From contig NC_068986.1 in assembly GCF_001194135.2 (NCBI RefSeq), positions 47,526,611 to 47,568,633 on the forward strand: DNA of 42,023 nucleotides. Reading direction: 5' to 3'. Made by a program: the position numbers and the translations under genes. Numbering within the stretch: position 1 is the stretch's first letter; the number at the start of each line of letters is the position of its first letter. This document shows positions 23,719 to 36,185 of this stretch, piece after piece. This stretch comes from Octopus bimaculoides. Lineage: Eukaryota. Under the pieces are notes generated by a model that saw only the letters and a list, made by a program, of their open reading frames with translations, was not told where the DNA came from and made no database searches.

Positions 23719-24669
23719 TAACTTTATGCCTAAATCGACCTGCTCCAGTAAGTGAAATAAAAAGTATGAAAACAAATTTGAATAAATAAAATAAAATCCA
23801 GTTTCCGGTTTATCTACAGGACAAGGAGTTTGAGGAAAGGCATCATGACACGTGAACCGTCTCAATCAGGCTGCAAGAACTTGAATCATGACCACTTCAC
23901 AAACGCAGTTCTGTAAACTCACTGCCACTCTGCAGCACAGATGTAAAAAGAACACTAGATTCAGTCGGCATTTGTTAGACGGCTGAAGGCTCGGTTTATC
24001 GGTGGCATTTCTTCTTGATCTACTGTAATTTGCTTATACAAACCTTACAAATATTTGCCGATATTATCAATCCTATCTTGGCAGTCCTGGAAATTTATCC
24101 CGACCATCATAGAGTCTTTTAAACAAACAGTTTATAATATAGATCTTGCAAATAAATCATTCTGTTATGAGAGAGCATAATAATTTATTTAGCTAAATAC
24201 TAATAACTGACTGAACAAACGCTAGCTGGTAATTGTTTCTTTGAAAGTCAATACAAAATTTTAAAAAAGAAGAAAAAATGAACGACACTTGATAGGAAAG
24301 ATAAAAGAGAAAGGAAGGAGTATTTATATATAGCTTATACTTGTTTCTAGTTTTGTCAAATGAGTAGCGTCAATTCGTAATATTGACACATAACGGAGCA
24401 TCGAATGGTCTTTAAAATGTTATAAGACTGTCAATAACGATAACGAAACATTTGCTTATTACATTTGAATGAGAAAGAAAAATATGGAAAAGGTGAGAGG
24501 AGTTAAAACACAAGTTAAAGAAAGAAAGCAGAAAAGAAAAGCAATAATATGGCTTAAAGAATAATTTTTAAAAGTAGAGGAGGAAAGAAGGAGAAAAAGA
24601 AAGATTTTAACAACAAAATCTAATATGGACCTCCACCCCCACCCACTAGGGGTCATTTGGATTCCGGTT

Positions 24670-24800
24670 GAGAACAGATCTAGGCTCTACATTATTTAAT
24701 GTATCATTTTCTTTTTGTTAAGAGTGTAGGTTGCGATTTAAGGAAAATATAGTTGCCACTTTTAGCAGGTCAAACGACTATGTAATGATTCCTTCCCTGG
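24670..24800 (-). repeat. Family C repeat copy
   Basis: Reverse complement ..gtcgtttgacctgctaaaagtggcaactat..taaatcgcaacctacactcttaacaaaaag..acattaaataatgtagagcctag. Confidence 0.55.
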
Positions 24801-25630
24801 CTTGGGTTTAAAGTGTGTATTATTTGAGTGATGTAAGAGAAACCGCAATATTTCAGTGCTTTTCAAATTTTACTACTACGGCAAACTATTCTAAGTTCTT
24901 TATTTCAAACCCTTAACTATCTTTTCCATAGAAATCTTTTAGATAGAGGTTTTTTCCTGTTTTAGGTTTGACACAGCCACCACGGCTTTTAGGCTTGCCA
25001 CAACCATCACGGCTATGGTCATATTGAAGTACGAATGTCACAAGTGAATATTCTTTTGCGCCGTCTCTGTAAAATCAATGGTTCGGTTTTTAAAATTTAT
25101 TTTTGTGGAGAATTCCTTATATTTTGTATTTGCCTCAGTAACTGATGAATCAATGAATCAGTGAAGATTGATTTTCCTTCTTTTTTGTTTGTTTGTTTGT
25201 TTGCAAATGGTTCATCTAAGATGCAAAAAACAAAATCATGTACATATCGCTTCAAAGTTTTATGGGAAGATTTTCTTTTTGCGAAGTTACGTAAAAATTT
25301 TGGAAAATAATAAAGATTATAAAGACATTCACTTCAGACTTATTAGATGGGGTTCTGATAACCACCGTGATCCCTTTTAGGATAACAGATCATCAAACTA
25401 GATGCTCAACTATCTTCTTTTCCAACGTTGTTGAGCTTGTGATATTGTGATACAAGAGTGAAAAGAAAGTACACTCTCTGAACTTTACGCCCAGATAAAA
25501 AGCCCTGAACTTTTCTTATTTGAAATCAGATCAGATTTTCGTCTTTTATTTATTATATAGTTTCAGTTCAACATCTTTAAACATATTCCAACCAACTTAC
25601 CCTGGTTTATGCAACATACATAATTCCGCA

Positions 25631-25734
<104 letters not shown>

Positions 25735-26451
25735 AGCATTCAAATACATTCACACATGCGCTATATCTGAAATTTGGGCAAGGTAAAACTAGTTTCACAA
25801 CTCACTGCAGCGTTACTCTATAGTGACAACTGTAAACAAAAGTTATTTTTCCATGGTTAAAGATACTAATGTAGTTAGTTGACAAGTCCCTGATATCAGA
25901 TAAAGTGTTAAACTCTTTCGGTATTCATATTAGTAACCCCAGTTCACTGTGGTTACTGCATTTGTTGAGTATATAAGCAAATTGATGTACGGCCCAATGA
26001 GGTTCGAAAATCGTTTAAGGCCGTCCATTTGTTTTTCAGACTACGGAGAAGTGGATAAATTTGCCCTGTATAGATATCATTCTTATTTCTTTTAGCCATA
26101 TGCACATAAGTGTTTACTGTTCTATGCTCTATAAGATGAGAAAAGTGTTTGAAGTATTTTAGATCCAAGAGACTATCTTAGCGCCAAGCATATTGGTAAT
26201 CAGATGATAGGATATGAATATCTTGGATGTAGTAATATATTTTTTACATCTTGTTGATACATTGACAAATGACTTCTACTAGACTCACGAGTTAATCAAC
26301 TTCTGATTCTAAAATAATAATTATTGCATGGATCCAAGTGCTTAAGGAATGGAACATACAATCAATTTCCTGTTTATATATCAACTGCATAGATTATATA
26401 TNNNNNNNNNNTTTTTGTCGTTTTTCTTTTTTGAACTTATATATATACATA

Positions 26452-26968
26452 CGACAATTCAGCGCAGGGCGTTTATTGAACTTAGGTAAAGGTTATTTTC
26501 TATGGGGATCAAAGAAAATAGAGGAAAATTTTCAATTAATCATTTAAAAACATGTAAAGATAAAGAAATACAAAAGGAATTAAAAATCCTAAATTATATT
26601 CTTTAATTCTCACTTTTGAATTTGATATGATAATATCTCGCAAATAATCTAGTTTGTCAACTCTCGTATGATATTCTGAAACTATTTATGCTCGGAATAT
26701 GCTCGTTCATACTTCGAATGCTTTACAGTGTCTTGTGTCGTTTCGTATAGGCTATGTTTATGCTTTTTGTTTTGCTGGTGTTTGTTTCATGTATATGCAT
26801 GTTTTTGCTTATGTACAGTTAATCTACTCTATGACTGGTGTGTTTGTATAGGTTGCATGCGCATGTGTTTTAGATATACAACCAATATCAATAAAATGTG
26901 ATAATGAATTACATATATTATATGCATATTACATATATTACTGAGTTATCTATGCGCTGAATTGTCGG
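26452..26968. mobile_element. ~517-bp non-coding element with perfect 15-bp TIRs, TA-flanked (putative MITE)
   Basis: TA|CGACAATTCAGCGCA at 26452-26466 and TGCGCTGAATTGTCG(G)|TA at 26953-26968. Confidence 0.7.
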
Positions 26969-27600
26969 TACTCATATATATATATANNNNNNNNNNNNNN
27001 NNNNNNNNNNNNNNNNNNNNNNNNNNNNNNNNNNNNNNNNNNNNNNNNNNNNNNNNNNNNNNNNNNNNNNNNNNNNNNNNNNNNNNNNNNNNNNNNNNNN
27101 NNNNNNNNNNNNNNNNNNNNNNNNNNNNNNNNNNNNNNNNNNNNNNNNNNNNNNNNNNNNNNNNNNNNNNNNNNNNNNNNNNNNNNNNNNNNNNNNNNNN
27201 NNNNNNNNNNNNNNNNNNNNNNNNNNNNNNNNNNNNNNNNNNNNNNNNNNNNNNNNNNNNNNNNNNNNNNNNNNNNNNNNNNNNNNNNNNNNNNNNNNNN
27301 NNNNNNNNNNNNNNNNNNNNNNNNNNNNNNNNNNNNNNNNNNNNNNNNNNNNNNNNNNNNNNNNNNNNNNNNNNNNNNNNNNNNNNNNNNNNNNNNNNNN
27401 NNNNNNNNNNNNNNNNNNNNNNNNNNNNNNNNNNNNNNNNNNNNNNNNNNNNNNNNNNNNNNNNNNNNNNNNNNNNNNNNNNNNNNNNNNNNNNNNNNNN
27501 NNNNNNNNNNNNNNNNNNNNNNNNNNNNNNNNNNNNNNNNNNNNNNNNNNNNNNNNNNNNNNNNNNNNNNNNNNNNNTAAAAATTTTAAAATAACTTTTT

Positions 27601-27654
27601 TAAAGAATTTTGTTTTTATACTCAGTAAAACTGTATCAAATAATTTTCACAAAA

Positions 27655-27692
<38 letters not shown>

Positions 27693-27736
27693 GATGGACT
27701 CTACCGTCGTACAAGAAGTATGAGTGTTCAGCATTT
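27601..27736 (+). repeat. Copy 1 of a near-identical direct duplication (copy 2 at 30052-30193)
   Basis: One substitution plus a different (TA)n length between the copies. Confidence 0.9.
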
Positions 27737-27823
27737 TGCCGAACTCCCTACACGAATTATTTGTTGATACTGATCCAATGTAAGTGCTATAGATTAACTC
27801 ACTCTCTCCATCAAATTGAGGTT

Positions 27824-27973
27824 GTGTGGTGTACCACACGTCAGATGTCGCAGTGATCGCAGAGTAACGTGAGCTGAAGTGTTTTACTCAAGAACACAAC
27901 GCACCACCCGGTCAAGGAATTGAAACCACGATCTAGGCGTGCAACACCCTAACCACTAGGCCATATGCCCTCA
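27824..27973 (-). mobile_element. 5' half of a tRNA-head CORE-SINE
   Basis: Minus strand: gggcatatggcctagtggttagggtgttgcac..gtggtttcaattcc..gcgttgtgttcttgagtaaaacacttc. Confidence 0.8.
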
Positions 27974-28747
27974 TATATATACATATATATTTATATAAGT
28001 TAAATACTTTTGTGTTGAAGGTACTGCTGAATTCAAAGTCGATGCTTCATCAGGTGGTGAAGCAGTACTGTAGGTGTTTCGCTCGTTTCAACCGTGACAC
28101 CAGGGTTGCCCACGTCCAGCCACCGATGTACGCGAAACCCTGCACAAGACCATACATACACACGTATATACAAATATGCTTAATCGATAGTTTTAATCTC
28201 AAAGAAAATTTACTTCACTTAGAGTTTGTTAAACTAAACTGAGATGAAAATGAAAATATGCAACCAATTGTATTTAAATTATTTCTGCTAATTCTCAACT
28301 GTGTTTTTTTTGAAAAATTCCTTATGTTTATAATTTTAGGATGAATACACACACAAAACAATGAAGCAAAAAATCGATAAACGCTATGTTATTTTCTTGT
28401 ATAAATAATCAAGTGTTGTAATCTACAAAAATGCAACAAATACAATGCAGAACGAAACATTTCATTAAATGTTGATAGATTTAATTTTCGAATTAATTTT
28501 GTACATTGTTGAAAACATATTTCTTGTGGAAATATATACATTAAAGTTATCGACTTTTATTTATTTATTTATTTATTTATTCTTAGAGAATGAACTACCT
28601 CAAGACTTAATAATGAAGTCAACCAATCCTCTCTCTATTTCAAAAAAATCTCGTTCAAAATTTGCAAACTTCCAATAGTCAAACGGATTTTGCTTGCTAA
28701 CCTCATGCATTTAAATATTCAATCTATATTTATGAGCTTTCAATATA

Positions 28748-28796
<49 letters not shown>

Positions 28797-28902
28797 NNNN
28801 NNNNNNNNNNNNNNNNNNNNNNNNNNNNNNNNNNNNNNNNNNNNNNNNNNNNNNNNNNNNNNNNNNNNNNNNNNNNNNNNNNNNNNNNNNNNNNNNNNNN
28901 NN

Positions 28903-28952
<50 letters not shown>

Positions 28953-30051
28953 TGTATGTGTGTTTATATCTCGTATAGTAATCTTATCAACCTTAACTTA
29001 TTGCTTATGTCAGTCGGAAAATGTGCCTGCGTAATCCAGGGCCTGACAATACATTTCTAACCTGGATGATAAAGCAGAGATTATAGGAAACATTTTTGCC
29101 CGTATGTCTATTCACTGACGTGTTAATATTATAACTTAATGAAGTGGCCAGCTCTGTTGAACAAGAGGTAAATACTCTCGGCAAGTTGAAACCACGATAC
29201 AGTTAAAAAAAACAACCCGAGTAGAAATCAGTTCGTATTACTCGTGCAGCTAAATACTATTGTGAAAGGTATGAATGTCACATTTGCCGAATTCCCTTCT
29301 CTAAAATACAGGTGGGATTTGTTTAGTGAAAAAGTGAACTTGTATGATAAAAAAAAAATTATGTCTGACTTAGACATAAAAATCAGATTATCAAACATCA
29401 TAAAGGAAGTGAATTAGCCTTCAATGAGCAATCAAAATTATATAGTAGTATCATTTATAAAGAATCTGTTTTCGGCTTGTATCAATTTTCTTCATTTTAC
29501 GTCGCTTATGCCTGCGAGGAAGGCATAACCGTTTTAACAGCTATATACTATTCCCATATAAATAATTTTCTTTCGGTGTTTGTACAAAAGATCAAAATTT
29601 TTTTATTAGATTATGGTTATTTTGCAGCAGTAGAATCCTGTCCACTTAGCAATTTCAATGCAACCACACTGTTAATGACCTTGGGAAGAGCATGCAAATC
29701 ACAACATCTCATATCTTTAAGTAAAAAAACTTTCACTTAAAAAAATTGAAAAATAACAATATTGACACTCTGGCATTCAATGTGTTCTTTTTGACTAAAG
29801 CCCAAGATCTCTTTGAACACTGTTGTCTCTCCGCAAGATAGGAAAGTGTCAAAATATATACGTTCCGGTGTTTATTCTCCTTTATGTTTTGAATTTAAAT
29901 TAAAACGGTTGGTATCAAAAGACTCTGATACCAACCCACCTAAGACCGCTTTTGTTTCAATGATAAAACTTCCTATTTAAAAATGATATGTATTTAAAGC
30001 TCCTATTAAAATTTTCATGATGATGAATGTTCCAAACGCCAGCTCTTTTTC

Positions 30052-30105
30052 TAAAGAATTTTGTTTTTATACTCAGTAAAACAGTATCAAATAATTTTCA
30101 CAAAA

Positions 30106-30149
<44 letters not shown>

Positions 30150-30193
30150 GATGGACTCTACCGTCGTACAAGAAGTATGAGTGTTCAGCATTT
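30052..30193 (+). repeat. Copy 2 of the near-identical duplication
   Basis: See 27601-27736. Confidence 0.9.
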
Positions 30194-31629
30194 CAGTTTT
30201 TTACTAAATTTATCATTTCTTTTCAAATTAACTGAAACACAGGCAATGTTCTTCAACATAAATATAGTAACAAAAGAGTTTAATCCAACCAAGTTAATTT
30301 TGATTTTATCCCTATAGATGGAATAAAAATAAATACTTCACCTGCTGGGGTTATTGTGAGTAGCTACATTCCTTCTATAAAAAAGAGTAATCTTATACCA
30401 AAACTACAAGCATATATTACTGGTTCTTATTTTATCAACAGTGATGAGGTGGAAGCCAAAAATGTCTTTAGATGGATTGCCATAAGGGCAGTGATCTACT
30501 GAAGAAATTAAAGCAACCAGCGGTCAGACGTTGTTCTTAAGTTTCTGTTCTCATTTAAGATGCTACGTTTTTATAATAAATCAAAATAACGACATTTGAA
30601 TATTCAAATACATATAATAAATTGGTTTTAAATCTAAAATTGAAAGCAAAAATTGAAATAGCGGTTGATTAAATCAGCTGAAAAACTAATATCTGTTGAT
30701 TGGTTTGCAAGTAATAATTGTGGGAGGAAATATATGCAAAATAGAGATTGATAATAAAGAGAGAGAGAGAGAGAGAAAGAGAGAAAGAGTGGGGAGAAAG
30801 CGTGAGAGGTGGATAAAGAGAAAGGAGACAGATAGGGAAAGAGAGATGATCTGATAGTGAATATGTGTATGATAAAGTAAAAAGAGTTAATAAAAGACGG
30901 AAAGAAAGTTGTAGATAGTTATTGATTTTCTCTTGTAAACATATTAGCTGAGCCAGGAAAATAACTGGAGAAACACAATAGGCTGCTTCCTTATCATACG
31001 AACAAATCATGATATATTTTTGGCACAAACTACTGTTACAACATAGATTGACCATTTGGATAATAGTTTAATCATCAGTACCTCGAATTACACATGTGAT
31101 TAAGTTTCACACCTTCATCTGACGAGAAATTAAAGGGAGAAAGATCAATGGAAAACTGCGTATGTTTCGAAATTTACTTTATTTTCTGTTTAAATCTCTT
31201 TCGCCCTCCCTTTCTCTCTATCTCTGTCTCTCTCTCACTTTCTGCCCCTCTCTCTATCTCTGTCTCTCTCTCACTTTCTCCACCCTCTCTCTCTATCTCT
31301 CTCTCCTTCCCCTTTCCAGAATCAATTCTTTATCTCTCATCTCCAATTTTGTACATTTACCAGTTGATTGATATCTTATATACAACCATATACTTTTAGA
31401 TATACATTCAAGTGAAACGCAAGAAGTCGACGGAGGACCAATAACTGTATTGTATCGATAACTCGATCATCTCCTGCCTTTCATAATGCTGATGTGTTTG
31501 TATCATTTACACTCTTATACCCGACTAATATTGCATCTGAACAGAACCATCTGTAGGGACACGAAACTCACAAGAAAAAAACAAAAAAACAACTGTAACT
31601 GTTTTATGACGAACCACAAAGGTATCAAG

Positions 31630-31770
31630 ACGGTCGATCTGTAGCAAGCAAATATTCCAAAAACCACACCCTGATAAGTGACACATCTGATAATGTAGTT
31701 TTGGGTATACAATATGTGAAAACAAGATAGGACAGCCATGGGCTGGAATGATTTTGTTCAGATATCTCAG
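31630..31770 (+). repeat. Family C repeat copy
   Basis: aaaaaccacaccctg..gacacatctgataatgtagttttggg..gataggacagccatgggctggaatgattttgttcag. Confidence 0.55.
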
Positions 31771-32615
31771 CTATCGTGTATGCCAATGTAATGAAAGTCA
31801 TATATGTCTCGGCACCAAAATAGCAGTCAATAGCAGTTAACTTTTTGACCATTCATTCCCCAGCAACCTCAGAGAAGGAGGAAACTGAAATCCAGAATTC
31901 GAGCAAAGCTGTTATGGTTTGTGTCAACCGCAATTAATATGATACTTCATATGGGGTCGATTAAACTCACATTAGTACATGTTTCAAATACGTGGTGTCC
32001 CCTAACGCACTATTAATACAAGGGTGATAATCATTTCTTCATAATATTTGGCAAGATTAGAAGTTTGAGTTTGAAATTAAGAAATAGAGGAAAAGATACA
32101 TAGAATTTACATATTTATTTACGATGTCCTTAAAACTACTACTCAGTGGTAAGTAGGTTTAGCACTATTTCATGCATTTTAGGAATATTCAACATGACCT
32201 AATCTAAGATATATTAAATGATTCGCCTGAAAGCGAAGAAGAGAAATTGGTGCTGGCACTTTCCTTTTAAGCTGTAATCTAACTTACAATCTAAGTGGCA
32301 AGTCAATTCGTTATTTTTCTCGAACACTCCTATAAACTCTCCTATCTGACAAAGTAAGCTCTCCATTTTTTGCTACGATGATTCCTAAAATAAGTTACTA
32401 CTGCGATCAATAAATTACACGGCCCCAAGAAAATTCTTCAATGTAGCATTATCTACTTTTAATTGCTTCGTAATTGATGGTCAGGACCGAATTAGAGCAG
32501 CTATCTACCCAAAACATGTCGATATGTCAACAAACACCAGCCACCACCTATGTATATCCCGAGAAGTTGAAATGCAAATCTCACCAATATGTAAAGATTA
32601 GTAGTTTCAATATTT

Positions 32616-32934
32616 GGCGCGTGGCTTAGTGGTTAGGTTATTCGGATCACGATCGTAAGGCCGTGAGTTCAATTCCCGGCGATACGTTGTTTCCTTGAGC
32701 AAGAAACTTTATTTCACGTTGCTTCAGTCCACTCAACTGGCAAAACTTAGTAGTAGTTGTATTTCAAAGGGACAGCCTTGTCGCATTCTGTGTCACGCCG
32801 AATCTCCTTGAGAACTACATTAAGGGTAAACATGTCTGTGGAGTGCTCAGCTACATGCACGTTATTTTCATGAGCACGCTGTTCTGTTGAACGGATCAAC
32901 TGGAACCCGCGTCATCGAAACCGACAGAGCGCCA
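32616..32934 (+). mobile_element. Full-length tRNA-derived CORE-SINE
   Basis: ggcgcgTGGCTTAGTGGttagg (A box), GAGTTCAATTCcc (B box), gttgtttccttgagcaagaaacttt..ccactcaactggcaaaa (CORE-like). Confidence 0.85.
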
Positions 32935-32974
32935 GTTATTTAGCAAAATATCAACAACTTTTATGAGATTGTAA

Positions 32975-33117
32975 ACCGATCAGATTGATCCTAGTACTCA
33001 AATGTTTTGTTTTATTTTATCGACTTCGAATGGATGAAAGGCAAATTTGACGTCGGCGGAATTTGAGCTCAGAATGTAGAGTCACAAGAAATGTCGCTAA
33101 ACATTTCTCTTGACGCT
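32975..33117 (-). mobile_element. SINE family A, head replaced by a family B tail fragment
   Basis: ttttatcgacttcgaatggatgaaaggcaaatttgacgtcggcggaatttgagctcagaatgt. Confidence 0.75.
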
Positions 33118-33220
33118 CTCTTTACTCTTTACTCTTTTACTTGTTTCAGTCATTTGACTGTGGCCATGCAGGAGCACCGCCTTTAGTCGAGCAACTCGAC
33201 CCCAGGACTTATTCTTTGGA
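33118..33220 (-). mobile_element. 3' terminal fragment of family B SINE with (tactctt)n tail
   Basis: tactctttactcttttacttgtttcagtcatttgactgtggccatgcaggagcaccgcctttagtcgagc. Confidence 0.85.
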
Positions 33221-33796
33221 TGCCAGATTATTCATTGCACTTTTCTCAACTTAATAGTCCATTTGCCTATATATAAAAGCCCTGACGGTGACGTTTTACG
33301 CGTACCTAGAATCAACGATTCTGTGTCCAAATAGCTAAGATGCGTCTATTGAGACTTGTGAATGACATTGCAGAGTGGTCAACATTGGATAAACTTCGAG
33401 ACATCTTTGTTTATGGACCATAAGACACATTTGAACTCAACAGAGTACATTTTAATTCCTCATAACCAAGTGTAATTCACGAAAGGGTTCAACAAATATT
33501 TACAGACATTTATACGTTTCAGAGCTGCGGCATAAGTTCAAGCATTTTGTACAATGCATCAAATGTGAAGCTTAATTTTGTGCATTGACCCGGATTTGTT
33601 GAGAACATAAACAAATTTGCTGCTTATTTCTCCAGGATTGGTTAAGTTATGCAGACACGTCCGAGGAAATCCCAACAAGGGTCGAAATTCAAAAGTTAAA
33701 TTTGCTACGGTTGTATTTCTGCTACATATTGTTACATATGTTACATCATACCTTGATACAGTACCTACTCTTGCCTCCGTTGACAGGTCGCTGATA

Positions 33797-34025
33797 TTAA
33801 CGTTTTAGTATTTAAACCGGCCATATCTGGCCCAAATATTCTACTTGTTTTATATTCAAACTGGTGAGATCTGGCCTCTCAAACATACCTACAATCTCAT
33901 TCTAAAAATAAACAATCACATTATTGAAATCTCCAAGCTACAAGGTAATGCATGATTAAATCAAAACAATGTGAATAAAAAACAGCATTACATTTGACAG
34001 ACAAAAACCTAAACACTTATGGTAT
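33797..34025. mobile_element. piggyBac-type MITE (TTAA end), degenerate right end
   Basis: ttaa|cgttttagtatttaaaccggccatatctggcc; 20/31 ungapped matches to the transposase-bearing piggyBac end at 13591-13621. Confidence 0.55.
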
Positions 34026-34478
34026 GTAAGCTTTTCTGAAGCTAACGGATTTGTTGCGTATACGAACAGATTTGCTGCTTATTTCCTAGGGTTTGGTCAA
34101 GTGATGTATGTACTTCTGATGTGATCCCAATAAGGGTAAAAAAACGATTAAGCCTGTTCATCATTTTTTCAATATAGGGAGAAGTGGTTTAATTTACTAT
34201 GTTTGTGGGTCTGCTATGTAGGTTCACCTGTATTCTACCGTCACAGTAATAAGAGTTGACTGGATGCAGCTCTGTGTTATATAACATGACATAAAGAAGA
34301 AAAATCTATATACATTGATTTTTATACTGAAATGGAAGTCATAACTGTTATTTTCCAATAAATTCCTAGCTGAATAAGTTTGAGGAGTCTAAATCTTGTT
34401 TCAGTTGTGGAGTGTATGCAGTCAATAGCTGTTCATTTTAGTCCTGTTAGTATATATGTCTATCTTTCCATCTTTCTT

Positions 34479-34563
<85 letters not shown>

Positions 34564-34687
34564 NNNNNNNNNNNNNNNNNNNNNNNNNNNNNNNNNNNNN
34601 NNNNNNNNNNNNNNNNNNNNNNNNNNNNNNNNNNNNNNNNNNNNNNNNNNNNNNNNNNNNNNNNNNNNNNNNNNNNNNNNNNNNNNN

Positions 34688-34744
<57 letters not shown>

Positions 34745-35940
34745 ATAAGACTGCATTATATTTGTAGTGGATAAGATTAAACTTAGGTTATTAAATAGAA
34801 AGCATTAGTATTAGACGAAACAATATTACTAAAATATATTAATATAAGTGGATTTAAGCTATGCGTTTACGTATTTATTTTTATACGTACTTATATACAT
34901 ACATATTTTATATACATATATACATACATGTATATATATGCATAATGCATATATACACATACATACGTAGGTTTATGTGTGTGTTTATGGTAATATATGT
35001 GCATGTGTACGTGTACGTGGTCCAGCAGATTTAAAACTATGTCTGTGAACACTTTGAGAGTGTGCTTATACGTATTCATAAATACATGAATTTATCTATT
35101 CACGTATACAGACACGCATACCTAATACAATCTACTTGCGAGCAGCGTTTACGAAGGCATATATACATATATATATATACACGCATGTATGTGTATATAT
35201 AAATATTGGCGGTGGGAAGTAATGTAATGGGGGGATTCATATGAATTGTAAATTTGTCCAACTAGTTGTACGAAAAGAGAAAAAGAAAAGAACTGAGGAG
35301 TGAGGGCTTTATTGACAAAGTGTTGCTGGAAGCAAACGTTAATGGTTTCTTCGATAAGTGTTTAGGCTTGAGGAAATCTCATCGGTGTCTTTTATTATTA
35401 TTTTTGTATATATTATTATATTTTTGCGTGTTTTTGTTTTTCTCGTTGTTTTTTGGTCTTTCAATTCTATTGCTGCTCTCAACATTATGATAAATATATC
35501 AATCTAGTTAGCTGTAGAAACAATTCCAACAACCAGACAATAACATCATCTACAACAAAAATATCAACAACTAACACAGCTGAAACAACAGCAAGAATAA
35601 CAACAACAACAACATCAACAACAATGATAATAACAATAAAATAATGGTAAAAACACCAACATCGCCGACAAACGACCACAATAAGAAGACATGTTTGTAT
35701 TGTGTAGCGTTGATACAACTATCGTCCGCAAAGCTAACGCGTCACTATTTCTACCTTCCTGTGAATCTATCCTATTGTCTTTTGCAAACCATCTAAGTCA
35801 ACCAATCACTTCAATTTGATCACCAAAAGTTTACACATACATACACACATACATGCATACATACATACATACATATATACATACATACATGCATACATAC
35901 ATATACACATACATACGTACGTACGTACATACATACATAC

Positions 35941-36185
35941 AGGGGGAGAACTATAAACCAGACTAACAACATCTCCTTCAATGATTTTACTGTTCCCTCT
36001 ATATCTGACGAAGAATATTACAGGTATCTAGGGGCGGATGAAGACATGTCTTATAATGGCACCTGTAACAAAACACGTGTCACTAAATTACAGCCGAATA
36101 AAAGAAATTTGAACCTCAGAACTCACTGCATTCAATAAAACAGTGGCCCTCAATATGTTTGTAGTGCCACTTAACTCCAAATATT
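35941..36185 (+). mobile_element. RT fragment of an R4/Dong-like LINE (different family from 22325-23025)
   Basis: TNNISFNDFTVPSISDEEYYRYLGADEDMSYNGTCNKTRVTK then SRIKEI*TSELTAFNKTVALNMFVVP; parallels YKYLG..ELNARNRIEAI. Confidence 0.75.

Noticed and set aside
28045-28140. CTGATGA/GAAAC on the minus strand plus small inverted repeats
   Set aside because: CTGATGA lies inside a tgcttca/tgaagca hairpin and no three-way junction forms.
30318-30500. Apparent exon - short intron - exon set with canonical splice sites
   Set aside because: All joined frames stop within ~25 codons and give no recognisable protein.
31117-31175. CTGACGA..GAAA with a possible 5-bp stem II
   Set aside because: No stem I partner or NUH site.
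33268-33423. TATA-like tatataaaag followed by a 27-codon ORF (MRLLRLVNDIAEW..)
   Set aside because: Expected by chance in AT-rich DNA; no supporting features.
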